Under the pieces are notes generated by a model. The model had not been told where the DNA came from. It made no database searches and saw only the letters and a list, made by a program, of their open reading frames with translations. Below, in pieces: positions 26,125-35,134 of a stretch of DNA of 64,000 nt. Both the position numbers and the translations under genes were made by a program. Position 1 is the stretch's first letter. Each line of letters opens with the position of its first letter. The stretch is from Acidobacteriota bacterium (GTDB lineage Bacteria; Acidobacteriota; Holophagae; Thermotomaculales; Thermotomaculaceae), in contig JAADJC010000061.1 in assembly GCA_013151025.1 (NCBI GenBank), positions 25,419-89,418 on the forward strand. Direction: 5' to 3'.

Positions 26125-27255
26125 ATGAATTGGAAAAACATCCCGTACCGAGTTATCTCTTTTCTTTCCCTGCTGTCAATGGGGCTATTCCCCGCACTTT
26201 CCCAAGCACAATTTATCTTTTCCTTAAAAGGGATTGCCATACATGGGGCCATCATTACGGATTTTCTGCAAAATCATAACACCGACGATAACTTCGGCCA
26301 CTACGCCACCGATAGCGGCAGCAATTTCGCATCCACCGTAAATGAAAGCTGGTTCAGTGTTTCCGGAGGGCTTGGGGAAATCAACGGCATTGACACAAGT
26401 TTTGAAGCCTCCTTCGACTTCATGGGGGACAATGACTTTGAAATTGTTTCCGCGTGGATTCGCCTCGAAAAGGGGGAATGGTATTTCCTCGCCGGGAAAG
26501 CCGAAAACCTTGTGGCGACCGGGGAAACAACCCTGAACTACGACGGGTTCTACTCGGCAGGGGGGATTCAGACCGGGGCCCACGCAAACCAGAACCAACT
26601 CCAGCTTGGCATCCGGCTGACAGAACATGTCACGCTGGCGGCTTCCCTCACGGACGAGCCGGCACAGAACGGAAGCCTGGACGACCAGACGTTTTCATCC
26701 ACTGATCCCGCAATGGAAGGCGCCCTGTTCTTTGAATTTCCCGGGGGAAGCGGGAAAATCGCCGGACACCGCGGTTTTATGCGGCTTTCTTCCGGTGAAG
26801 CGTTTCATCCCTCCGTGATCATGGCAGAAGTGACCCTTCCCGTCACCGAGTCCCTTTCACTGGTCACCTCCGCTTTCCGTTCAACAGCCGGTTCCCAGTT
26901 TTTCACCACGGACATTCTCTTTGACTGTGCACCGCTCCCTACGGGGCACGTGGGTGAATTTTCCGCAGTCGGGGGATTTGTCGAGATGTTGTTTAAGGCT
27001 GGAAATTTCGAATCATGGGCGGGGATCGGCACTTTCTCCCTGACGAAGCATTCCAAAACACACCTGCTGAACCACCAGCCGGAAGATGCCCTCACTGATA
27101 ATCACCGCTTTTCCGCAGGTACGCGGTACAGCTTCTCGTCTCATCTTAATGGAGGCGTTGAATTCACCCACTACCGGACAACCCACCTCCGGGGCACAGA
27201 AACCCGGGCGTTCACCGCGACCTCCGTTCAACTCCAGTTATCCCTTACCTTTTGA
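26125..27255 (+). CDS. Outer-membrane beta-barrel (porin-like) protein
   Basis: Signal peptide ...ALSQA/Q, alternating beta-strand pattern, and a C-terminal LQLSLTF with terminal Phe. Confidence 0.6.
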   Translation: MNWKNIPYRVISFLSLLSMGLFPALSQAQFIFSLKGIAIHGAIITDFLQNHNTDDNFGHYATDSGSNFASTVNESWFSVSGGLGEINGIDTSFEASFDFMGDNDFEIVSAWIRLEKGEWYFLAGKAENLVATGETTLNYDGFYSAGGIQTGAHANQNQLQLGIRLTEHVTLAASLTDEPAQNGSLDDQTFSSTDPAMEGALFFEFPGGSGKIAGHRGFMRLSSGEAFHPSVIMAEVTLPVTESLSLVTSAFRSTAGSQFFTTDILFDCAPLPTGHVGEFSAVGGFVEMLFKAGNFESWAGIGTFSLTKHSKTHLLNHQPEDALTDNHRFSAGTRYSFSSHLNGGVEFTHYRTTHLRGTETRAFTATSVQLQLSLTF

Positions 27256-27345
27256 CTGAAACGCCGCCTGCACGGATTTCCGGCAGGTGGCAGTGGCCGC
27301 CAATCTGTGGTATTCTTTTTTAAAGCAGACAAGACAGGAGGCGGC

Positions 27346-27789
27346 ATGAATATAAAGGGCTACGAAAAGGGACTGGGCTTACTGGGAAAAGAAAACTTCA
27401 AAGAAGCAAAGAGCGCGTTCGAAAAACTAGCTGAGAAAGCGGCTGACGCCCAATTCCGGGAAAAGTGCAATTCCCATGTTCGTTACTGTAACCGGAAACT
27501 GAATGAACCTGAAGCCCAAATGGCGTTTGATCCATTTGCCAGAGCCGTTTTTCTCATCAATAAGCACCAGTTTGAAGAGCCCCTCGCCCTCCTTCAGCCT
27601 CTTTTGGAAAAAGACCCGAAAAATGACGTAATTCTCTACACAATGGCTGCCGCCTATTCGGTAAAGGGAGAAGAACAGAAGGCAATGGAATTACTGAACA
27701 AAGCTATTTCACTGAATCCGGACAATAAATTCCACGCGCAAAGAGATGAACTTTTAAATCAATTAGAAGAAAACCTGAAAACACTGTAG
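27346..27789 (+). CDS. Small TPR-repeat protein
   Basis: ATG 27346 has an AGGAGG SD. TPR-like helices (AAAYSVKGEEQKAMELLNKAISLNPDN). Confidence 0.65.
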   Translation: MNIKGYEKGLGLLGKENFKEAKSAFEKLAEKAADAQFREKCNSHVRYCNRKLNEPEAQMAFDPFARAVFLINKHQFEEPLALLQPLLEKDPKNDVILYTMAAAYSVKGEEQKAMELLNKAISLNPDNKFHAQRDELLNQLEENLKTL

Positions 27790-27798
27790 AGGTCTTTC

Positions 27799-29187
27799 AT
27801 GAAAACCAGAGCATTGATTCTTGCCGCCGGTGAAGGAACCCGGATGCGATCTCAGCTTCCGAAGGTTTTCCACAAGGTGGCCGGCATCCCGATTCTTTTT
27901 CGTGTTTTGCAAACACTTGCCCCCCTTTCACAGCAGATCGCCGTTGTATTGGGGAGGGATTTTGAACAATCTGCGACAATGCTTCGTTCTGCCTACCCTG
28001 AGACCTCTGTTTTTCACCAGAATAAGCGCATGGGAACCGGCCACGCGGTAAGTTGTGCTCTTTCTTTTTACAAGGATTTTGATGGTTACGTTCTGGTTCT
28101 TCCGGGAGACTTGCCCCTTCTTTGTGCCGAATCTCTCACCTCGTTCCTGAATTTGAGCAAGACTGAAAATGTGGACTGTGCCATTCTGGGCTTTGAACCG
28201 GAAAACCCTTTCGGCTATGGGCGAATTGTCGCAGACAATGACGCGTTTTCTGCAATTGTGGAAGAAAAGGATGCGTCAGAAGAGGAACGGAATATTCGCC
28301 TTGTAAATGGAGGCGTCTATATTTTCAGAGCAAGGCACCTTGTGGAATTCCTCCCTGCAATCGAAAATAACAATGCGCAAAAGGAATATTACCTGACCGA
28401 CCTCCCTGCTATTCTGATGAAAAAGGGATTTGATGTTCGGGTTATCACCGCCAACGACCCCGATGACTTTCTCGGTGTAAACAACCGGGAACAGTTGGCC
28501 TTTGCTGACACAACCGCTTTGAACCGGCAAAAGCGAAACCTGATGCTGTCCGGCGTCACCATCCTGAACCCGGAAAGTGTTCGAATTGAAGATACGGTTG
28601 AGATTGAACCTGACACGACTGTTTATGGACCCGCTCATATTTTCGGCAAAACAACTATTCAAACCGGTTGCGTCCTTCAGCCCGGAGCCGTAATCAGGAA
28701 TGCAATCATCGGAAAAAATTGCGAAGTAAAACCCTATTCTATCATCACGGAATCTACAATCGGCAGCGGTTGCACTATCGGTCCTATGGCTCACCTTAGA
28801 CCCGGAACTGTGTTGAATGCCGGAGTCAAGGTCGGAAATTTCGTGGAGACTAAAAAAGCAATCCTCCATCCAGGTGTCAAAGCTTCCCATTTGAGCTACC
28901 TCGGTGATACCGAAATCGGAGAGGAAACCAATATCGGAGCCGGAACGATTACCTGCAACTATGACGGGGAAAAGAAACATCGGACAGAAATCGGAAAACG
29001 CGTGTTTATCGGCTCCGACAGCCAGCTGGTCGCACCCCTTTCCATCGGGGATGATGCTTATGTCGGCGCAGGTTCCACCATTACCAAGGACGTGCCGCCC
29101 TGCTCTCTTGCCATCTCCCGTGCCAGGCAGACCACTATCCCGGATTGGGCAAAGAAAAAGAAGGGGAAAAAATGCAATCAGAGCTGA
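27799..29187 (+). CDS. glmU: Bifunctional GlcNAc-1-P uridyltransferase / GlcN-1-P acetyltransferase
   Basis: LAAGEGTRMRS nucleotidyltransferase motif and C-terminal left-handed beta-helix hexapeptide repeats. Confidence 0.93.
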   Translation: MKTRALILAAGEGTRMRSQLPKVFHKVAGIPILFRVLQTLAPLSQQIAVVLGRDFEQSATMLRSAYPETSVFHQNKRMGTGHAVSCALSFYKDFDGYVLVLPGDLPLLCAESLTSFLNLSKTENVDCAILGFEPENPFGYGRIVADNDAFSAIVEEKDASEEERNIRLVNGGVYIFRARHLVEFLPAIENNNAQKEYYLTDLPAILMKKGFDVRVITANDPDDFLGVNNREQLAFADTTALNRQKRNLMLSGVTILNPESVRIEDTVEIEPDTTVYGPAHIFGKTTIQTGCVLQPGAVIRNAIIGKNCEVKPYSIITESTIGSGCTIGPMAHLRPGTVLNAGVKVGNFVETKKAILHPGVKASHLSYLGDTEIGEETNIGAGTITCNYDGEKKHRTEIGKRVFIGSDSQLVAPLSIGDDAYVGAGSTITKDVPPCSLAISRARQTTIPDWAKKKKGKKCNQS

Positions 29188-30266
29188 AAGGCACAATCAA
29201 CCTGATGGCCATAGCCGATGTATTGCAGTGGATTCACCATGGCCATAAGACAGGAGCCCTCCATCTGGCTGGAGATCGTTTCAAAAAACAAATTTTCTTC
29301 AAGGACGGGCAAATCGTTGCCACATCCTCCACCAATCCCCGGGAATACCTTGGACAGTTTCTGATCAGCTATGGGAAAATCACCGAAGAAGGGTTGAAAG
29401 AATTGCTGGAAACCCAGGAAAAAAACGAATTGATGCTGGGAAAGCTTCTGGTAGATGAAGGCATTCTTACACTTTCCGAAATCCGGATGTTTCTTGAAAT
29501 CAAGGCACAGGAATCTCTGTTTGATATTTTTCTCTGGGAGTCCGGTGAATTTGAGTTCATGGACGGAGAAAGTCTTGGTAAAGAATTCATTGATATTAAT
29601 CTTGATGTCACTACGATTATTCTGGAAGGGGTCCGCCGGGTAGACGAGTGGGCACGGATACGGAAAATCATCCCAAACGGAGAATATACTCCGATTACAG
29701 ACGCCATCCGGGTCATCAATGCACTCCCTCTTTCATCCAATCTCACAAAGTTGCTCCGCGCTGTGGATGGGAAAAGAAATATTGATGACATCGCAATGGA
29801 GTTCCGATCTTCACGGTTCATTGTTTTCAAGAACCTGTTTGAGTGCCATGAAAATGGCCTTGTTCGAATGAAAAAACCAAAGCAGGCGTTGCAGAATGAA
29901 CTTGCGGAAGAAGTGGCTCCTAAGGTCAAAGCACTGGCGGAATCCGGGTTCATTGAGCCTTATCTCATGGCAGAATCTTTCCTCGTAAAATATCCAGGCT
30001 CCAAACCAATTCAGAAACAACTGAATGTACTGATCCAGAAAGCAGAAAAGGTAATTCGACAAGGTATCGCAGTCCCTCACCTTGCATGTTCCCTGAACGA
30101 TCTTGCAACCCAGAGCCTCTCCCCGGAAGAAGGCTTTCTGGTATCCAGAATCAATGGGAAATGGGATATCAACTCCATTATCAAGATTTCCCCCATTCCG
30201 GAAGAACGCGCAAAAATGATTTTTGCAGAATTGGTAAGCAAGAGTATAATTAAATTCGATGAATGA
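29172..30266 (+). CDS. DUF4388 (PATAN-like) domain protein
   Basis: ATG 29172 overlaps the glmU end. N-terminal GTINLMAIADVLQWI...KTGALHL...IFFKDGQIV is the DUF4388 signature. Confidence 0.75.
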   Translation: MQSELKGTINLMAIADVLQWIHHGHKTGALHLAGDRFKKQIFFKDGQIVATSSTNPREYLGQFLISYGKITEEGLKELLETQEKNELMLGKLLVDEGILTLSEIRMFLEIKAQESLFDIFLWESGEFEFMDGESLGKEFIDINLDVTTIILEGVRRVDEWARIRKIIPNGEYTPITDAIRVINALPLSSNLTKLLRAVDGKRNIDDIAMEFRSSRFIVFKNLFECHENGLVRMKKPKQALQNELAEEVAPKVKALAESGFIEPYLMAESFLVKYPGSKPIQKQLNVLIQKAEKVIRQGIAVPHLACSLNDLATQSLSPEEGFLVSRINGKWDINSIIKISPIPEERAKMIFAELVSKSIIKFDE

Positions 30267-31323
30267 AAAACATACACCACTGGAAGAATTTGAATTCAGG
30301 CAGGCAGCAAAGATACGGACCCCGGAAGAAAAGCGGGAAAGGCCCACACCTCAGAAAAGGTCTGTTCTTTTAACAGTCCTGTTGCTGATTATGCTGGCAG
30401 GAGCGCTTTCAGCCGGTGGTTTTTTATATCACCTGCTACAACTGCAACAGAAGAAAACGGCACAACTGGCGAAGGATCTTGCATCAAGCCGTAAAGAAAA
30501 AACTGAGACAGCGGCCAGGCTGGAGGAAATTCAGCAGAAATTAAAAAAGATGACTCGCCGGATCTCCACCTCCAGCAAAGGGAAAGGTGAGCTTCTGTCT
30601 TCTATTGACCAATTGAAACAGAATATTGACAAGCGGGATCAGGAGATTCGCTCCCAGAAACAGAAAATTCGCAAAAAGGAAACCGCAATAAAACAATCAG
30701 AGAAAGCACGGAAAGCCACCGAAGCAAAATTGGCCAGGGAAAAGACAACCAGTCAGAAACTGAAAACTCAACTCGATGCCGCCAAAATCACCACACGGGG
30801 ATTTCAAGACGAAGTAGAGAAATTGCATAGAACCATTCAGACTCTTCAAAGCAACATGAATCAGGAAGGGAATGCTTCAAGAAAACTCGTTTCCGATATG
30901 CTTAATGCACAAAATGAAGCCGCAACACTGAGAAAAGAGAAAAATACCCTGGAGAACAGCCTGAATTCACTGAAAAATGAAATTAAATTACTGAAGCAGG
31001 TGGCTCCCGGTAAACTGGTGCCATTTTCCGACCTTGTTACACCTGCAAAGCCGATTGTTCACCCCACGGCAACAATAGATAAGAAAAGGTCTTCTGGAAA
31101 AGTGAGGGGCTTCATTCTTGTTAATGCCTACATTGATGAAACCGGTTTCGTGCAAAACGCATTTTATCTTGAAAGTCACCTCCAAAAGGGTGAAAAGAAC
31201 GGTGCTATCATCAGCGAGGCATTGAAAACTGTTCTGAAATGGAGATTCTCTCCAGCCATGTACAATGAAACCATTCCGGTCAAAATATGGCAACCGGTTG
31301 TTATTCCGATAAACAACAAATGA
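30259..31323 (+). CDS. TonB_C-domain protein with N-terminal TM anchor and ~200-aa coiled coil
   Basis: TM VLLTVLLLIMLAGALSAGGFLY, a K/E/Q-rich heptad-like region, and a C-terminus GFILVNAYIDETGFV...LKWRFSPAMYNETIPVK typical of TonB_C. 8-nt overlap with the upstream gene. Confidence 0.7.
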   Translation: MNEKHTPLEEFEFRQAAKIRTPEEKRERPTPQKRSVLLTVLLLIMLAGALSAGGFLYHLLQLQQKKTAQLAKDLASSRKEKTETAARLEEIQQKLKKMTRRISTSSKGKGELLSSIDQLKQNIDKRDQEIRSQKQKIRKKETAIKQSEKARKATEAKLAREKTTSQKLKTQLDAAKITTRGFQDEVEKLHRTIQTLQSNMNQEGNASRKLVSDMLNAQNEAATLRKEKNTLENSLNSLKNEIKLLKQVAPGKLVPFSDLVTPAKPIVHPTATIDKKRSSGKVRGFILVNAYIDETGFVQNAFYLESHLQKGEKNGAIISEALKTVLKWRFSPAMYNETIPVKIWQPVVIPINNK

Positions 31324-31416
31324 CCGATCGAAATCCGACGCAGTCATTTTGTACCGTGAAACATTCCTTTCAATCGGATATAATCACAATTGACTTCAGA
31401 TTCACCCGGAGGCTCC

Positions 31417-31593
31417 ATGGATACTGGATTTTTAATCAATAGCCATATCAAAGACTTTATCGCTCTTTTTATTGATACGGGCGTACTGGGAGATGCCACC
31501 GGGCTCATTTCATTAAACCGGGAACTTCGCAGAAAACACTCACTTACAGTACCGGCTATCCGCTTTATACGAACTGAAATCATACATGAATAA
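31417..31593 (+). CDS. Possible 58-aa ORF (single CBS-like motif) in the permease leader
   Basis: GGAGG SD 4 nt upstream of the ATG. The stop lies 18 nt before the permease GTG. The sequence FIDTGVLGDATGLISLNRELRR resembles one CBS motif. Could be non-coding. Confidence 0.3.
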   Translation: MDTGFLINSHIKDFIALFIDTGVLGDATGLISLNRELRRKHSLTVPAIRFIRTEIIHE

Positions 31594-31611
31594 ATGACCA
31601 AGGAGGGGCAC

Positions 31612-33126
31612 GTGAAACGCCTGATCAGCAAGGGAGACATCAACGCTTTTTTCGGATTGATGCTGGATAACGTGACCAATCTTGTGGTCCTGACAGGCAT
31701 CCTGTATGGAGCTTTTGCCTTCCCCATGGATGTGATCCTGAAAAAAATGATCCCGGGCACTGCCCTGGGGGTTATGTTCGGGGACATTGTATACACCATC
31801 ATGGCATACAGGCTCTCCCGGAAAACCGGAAGCAATACGGTCACTGCCATGCCCCTGGGACTGGATACACCCAGTACGGTGGGAATCGCCCTGACAGTCC
31901 TCGGGCCGGTTTACCTCCAGACCCACGACGCCAACCTTACCCTTTATGTGGGAATGGCAGTGATGGTACTGATGGGCCTGATGAAAGTGGTCTTCTCGTT
32001 TTTTGGAAAGTGGATTCAGGAGAAAATGCCCCGTGCAGGGTTACTGGGCTCCATCGGCGGTATCGGTATCGCCCTTCTGGGACTCTTTCCCATGCTGGAA
32101 GTATTCAAACTGCCGGTGGTCGGGATCACCTCCCTCGGCATCATTATTTATGCGTTTTTCGCAAAGGGGCGGCTCCCTTTCCGGGTTCCCCCTGTGCTGG
32201 CGGCTGTAGCGGTCGGCACCTTACTTTTTTACCTGATTCCCCATACCCATGGATCCATCGCAAGCGGAACGGCACTGGGTATCTATATCCCATATCCATC
32301 ACTTGGTTTCCTGAAGGGAATGAAGCTGGCTCTCAATTACATTCCAATCGCCCTTCCATTCGGTCTTCTGACCATTATCGGTGGGATAAACGTAACGGAA
32401 AGCGCCCGGGTAGCCGGTGACGATTTCAACACCACTCAGATCCTGTTCACAGAAGCCATTGCCACTATCCTTGCCGGGCTCTGCGGCGGTGTAGCACAGA
32501 GCACTCCTTACATCGGCCATCCCGCGTACAAGGATATGGGCGCAAAAGCCGGCTACACCCTCGCCACCGGGCTTTTCATCGGAATAGGCGGTATGCTGGG
32601 AATTATCAGCGGTATAGTCCAGATAATTCCACCTGCTGCGGTTGCTCCGATTCTCATCTTCGTGGGGTTTGAAATTGCCGCCCAATCCATTGAAACGGCG
32701 GAAGGAGATTTATCCGCAGTTCTTCTGGCATTCATTCCATCTATTGCCGATCTGGTATTGATCCAGATGAACTCCCTGCTCGGTTCGCTGGGGAAAGGGA
32801 TTGCTGATTTAAGTATGGACATGGCCAGCACCCTGAAAGCCGTTACAGTCCTTGGAAACGGCTTCATCCTCACCGCAATGCTCTGGGGCAGTGCCGTTTC
32901 CTTCCTGATCCAAAGGAAAATGAAGGGCTTTGCGCTGACAATGGCCGCCACCGTCATCCTGACACTGTTTGGAATTATTCATTCCGTCCGTCCCGATGGC
33001 GGCATTTACCTGCCCGATTTCACACACTACGGATATTCAGACAAAATCGCTCTGGGATACCTTATTTTCGCGGCAATCAGCATGTTGTCATACTGGTGGG
33101 TAAAACGGGAAGAGTTGAATGCCTGA
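31612..33126 (+). CDS. NCS2/AzgA-like nucleobase (xanthine/uracil family) permease
   Basis: Polytopic, with family-like segments (GDINAFFGLMLDNVTN, AMPLGLDTPS, PYIGHPAYKDMGA). GTG 31612 has an AGGAGG SD. ATG 31594 is the alternative start. Confidence 0.7.
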   Translation: MKRLISKGDINAFFGLMLDNVTNLVVLTGILYGAFAFPMDVILKKMIPGTALGVMFGDIVYTIMAYRLSRKTGSNTVTAMPLGLDTPSTVGIALTVLGPVYLQTHDANLTLYVGMAVMVLMGLMKVVFSFFGKWIQEKMPRAGLLGSIGGIGIALLGLFPMLEVFKLPVVGITSLGIIIYAFFAKGRLPFRVPPVLAAVAVGTLLFYLIPHTHGSIASGTALGIYIPYPSLGFLKGMKLALNYIPIALPFGLLTIIGGINVTESARVAGDDFNTTQILFTEAIATILAGLCGGVAQSTPYIGHPAYKDMGAKAGYTLATGLFIGIGGMLGIISGIVQIIPPAAVAPILIFVGFEIAAQSIETAEGDLSAVLLAFIPSIADLVLIQMNSLLGSLGKGIADLSMDMASTLKAVTVLGNGFILTAMLWGSAVSFLIQRKMKGFALTMAATVILTLFGIIHSVRPDGGIYLPDFTHYGYSDKIALGYLIFAAISMLSYWWVKREELNA

Positions 33127-34255
33127 CCGCCGTCAAAGCCCGATGGTCCTGTTTGCGGGGCTTTTTCTGACTTCCATGTTTCTGAACACCATGCCGCCCC
33201 TGATGGTGGAATTCCAGCGGGTGTTCGCTATTTCCATGGGTCATTCCAGTGTCATTCCCTTTGCTCACTCCATGGGTACCATTCTGGCGAACGTGGCGGC
33301 AGCATTAGTATTGTCAAAAATCGGGACCCGAAAGAGTACGGCAATTGCCGTACTTGCCGGAGCTGTGGGGCTCACCTTTGCCGCCACAAGCCACTCCCTC
33401 GTGGGCTTAACAACCGGAATTTTCTTCATCGCGGTGGCATTTGCCATCACCATTACCACTTTTTCCGTTATTTATGCTCATTTCCCTGTCAGCAGACAGA
33501 ATTTTTCCATGTTTCATTCCTTTTTCGGCATGGGCGGGTTAGTCGCACCGGTTTTTGTAAAGTTCTTTCTCAGCCGAAATTTTTCTTATCGCTACGTGTA
33601 CATTACTTACCTTGTCTTGTTAATTCTATTCGGCCTATATATTGCCTTTCGCCCCGTATCGGATTATCGGTCGGACGACTCCCCTTTCCAGGGTGTAAAA
33701 AAAATAATGCACAGTCGCTATCTCATTGTCATCATCCTTCTTGCACTCTACTCCGTATCTGAGATGGCCGTTGTAGTATGGGCAGGAAACTTCTTCAAGT
33801 CCTCCTTCAGTTTTACGGTTGAAACCTCCGCCATGATGCTGTCTGTGTTCTGGATCCTATTCACCCTTGGCCGTTTCTTCGGCGACAGACAGATTCGCAA
33901 ACTCACACCACAGGTGAACTCACGGGCCATGAGCCTGGCATGCCTGGCCCTTTTCTCCGTCTTTATTTTCAGCCCGATGAGATGGTCTGTCAGCGCCTTC
34001 TTCCTGGGGGCGCTTTTTATGGCTACCATTTTCCCATCCATTCATTTTTTCCTGAACAAGATTGCTCCGGACGATGTCCGCGCCCCATTGAATGCCATAC
34101 TCTTCCTCACAGTAAGCACTTTCGGCATGATTGGCGTCCCTGTGATCGGAATTGTCGGTGGAATTAACATCCGCCTGGGTATGTCGCTGATGCTGGTGCC
34201 GTTCTTCCTGATGGCGACCATCCTTCCCTTCCTGTGGAAGGCGGAGAAAGTCTGA
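33119..34255 (+). CDS. MFS transporter
   Basis: 12-TM pattern. The start overlaps the permease stop by 8 nt. Confidence 0.75.
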   Translation: MPDRRQSPMVLFAGLFLTSMFLNTMPPLMVEFQRVFAISMGHSSVIPFAHSMGTILANVAAALVLSKIGTRKSTAIAVLAGAVGLTFAATSHSLVGLTTGIFFIAVAFAITITTFSVIYAHFPVSRQNFSMFHSFFGMGGLVAPVFVKFFLSRNFSYRYVYITYLVLLILFGLYIAFRPVSDYRSDDSPFQGVKKIMHSRYLIVIILLALYSVSEMAVVVWAGNFFKSSFSFTVETSAMMLSVFWILFTLGRFFGDRQIRKLTPQVNSRAMSLACLALFSVFIFSPMRWSVSAFFLGALFMATIFPSIHFFLNKIAPDDVRAPLNAILFLTVSTFGMIGVPVIGIVGGINIRLGMSLMLVPFFLMATILPFLWKAEKV

Positions 34256-34279
34256 GAAACTAAGCTACTGGAGGCCCCA

Positions 34280-34537
34280 ATGAACAAAGAAAAAACAAAC
34301 CTCGAAGAATTTGAAAAATTGAAAGAACAACCGGTCATCTTATTTCACGGCTTCTCCGGTGAACAACTCAACGCCCTGATTGACACACTGAAGCACTCCC
34401 CTGCGTTCGCCGGCAATATCATCATGGCCACTACAACCCCGACATCTGTCCAATGGCGCATAAAAGATCTTCTCCTTGAACTTTCAGAAGAACGTGCCGC
34501 TCTGAAAAAACTGAACCAAACGCGCGAAGACCAGTAG
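34280..34537 (+). CDS. Small DUF3783-like protein
   Basis: ILFHGFSGEQLNALIDTL...TTPTSVQWRIKDLLLELSEERAAL resembles the DUF3783 C-terminal pattern (recalled, not searched). Confidence 0.5.
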   Translation: MNKEKTNLEEFEKLKEQPVILFHGFSGEQLNALIDTLKHSPAFAGNIIMATTTPTSVQWRIKDLLLELSEERAALKKLNQTREDQ

Positions 34538-34560
34538 GGGCCGGCAGACTCGGATTCCCA

Positions 34561-34603
34561 CGGCGTATTGCGCCGGATGATAGATGTTGAGTGTAAGGTG
34601 GAA
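34561..34603 (+). repeat. Gene-end hairpin plus heptads
   Basis: CGGCGT-ATT-GCGCCG lies 23 nt after the stop, then GATGATA GATGTTG AGTGTAA GGTGGAA. Confidence 0.75.
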
Positions 34604-34656
34604 GAAAAATCGGAAAAATAAGAAAAGGATGTATCTTTTACATCTCTGGCATTTCT

Positions 34657-34701
34657 CATCTAACATCTTCCATCTACAATCTAACACCCCACCTTTGGTG
34701 G
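34657..34701 (-). repeat. Inverted partner: heptads plus CCACC-TTT-GGTGG hairpin
   Basis: CATCTAA CATCTTC CATCTAC AATCTAA then the hairpin at 34689-34701. Together with 34561-34603 it brackets a central GATGTA-TCTTT-TACATC hairpin (34628-34644). Confidence 0.7.
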
Positions 34702-34716
34702 CATGTCCGCCATCCC

Positions 34717-34742
34717 TCAATTCCGTTCAGAAACGGAATTGA
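34717..34742 (+). repeat. 11-bp perfect hairpin, copy 2 (TCAATTCCGTT-CAGA-AACGGAATTGA)
   Basis: See 12544-12569. Stem positions 8-9 are swapped together with their pairing partners. Confidence 0.8.
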
Positions 34743-34766
34743 AAAAACACCGGAAAGAAAAAGGAA

Positions 34767-34805
34767 AAATCAGAGGATGGCCCATTAACAGGTCATTTCC
34801 CCACC
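34767..34805 (+). repeat. Diverged AAATCAG...TTTCCCCACC module
   Basis: The termini of the module are conserved. The internal stem is replaced by ATGGCC/GGTCAT. Confidence 0.5.
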
Positions 34806-34921
34806 AAGTACCCGATTTCGAAGCTGTCCATCCCGGTTATTTTTCCTGCCAGTCTTTACTTTTTCAGGCCCGCTTTTTCCTTTCCTGCTTTTCTTCTCCA
34901 CTCTTTTTCTGTCCTTTGTAT

Positions 34922-34977
34922 CTTTTCTGACCTTTGTGGCCTTGTGACTTTGTGTTAAGTTCTGCTCTGCTTCTCTG
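34922..34977 (+). repeat. CTTTGTG-type octamer word array
   Basis: TTTTCTGACCTTTGTGG...CTTTGTGTTAA recurs as the reverse complement of 57901-57965 (identical blocks of 17 and 11 nt). Confidence 0.75.
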
Positions 34978-35134
34978 ATTCTCTCCCTCTGTGCCCTCTG
35001 TGTACTCTGCGGTGAAAATTCCTATCTTTTTTCCTCTTTCCCGACATCGCTGACTTTGTCTTATTGACTGGTGGAAACTATTCAACCACTTGCCCGTATA
35101 ATTTAATCGGATTTGAAAATTCCGGAGGGAGCCA

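Noticed and set aside
28276-29196. 306-codon ORF antisense to glmU
   Set aside because: glmU is unambiguous on the plus strand. The antisense product has no recognisable motif.
31324-31611. Purine/xanthine riboswitch upstream of the nucleobase permease
   Set aside because: I could not find the conserved purine-riboswitch junction and loop sequences (UAUAAU...GGAUAUGG...CCGUAAA...GACUA) or another riboswitch core I know. A covariance-model scan would be needed to exclude this.
34561-34701. MITE interpretation of the inverted hairpin+heptad pairs (also 12364-12646)
   Set aside because: The two arms share architecture but not sequence, so there are no true terminal inverted repeats. I saw no target-site duplication or transposase. 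Module order differs between loci.
35041-35134. Sigma54 (-24/-12) promoter near the NtrC-type regulator's neighbours (RND operon, kinase gene, Spy-like gene)
   Set aside because: No TGGCAC-N5-TTGC-like element was seen in these spacers. Only sigma70-like boxes were found. The search was by eye and not exhaustive.
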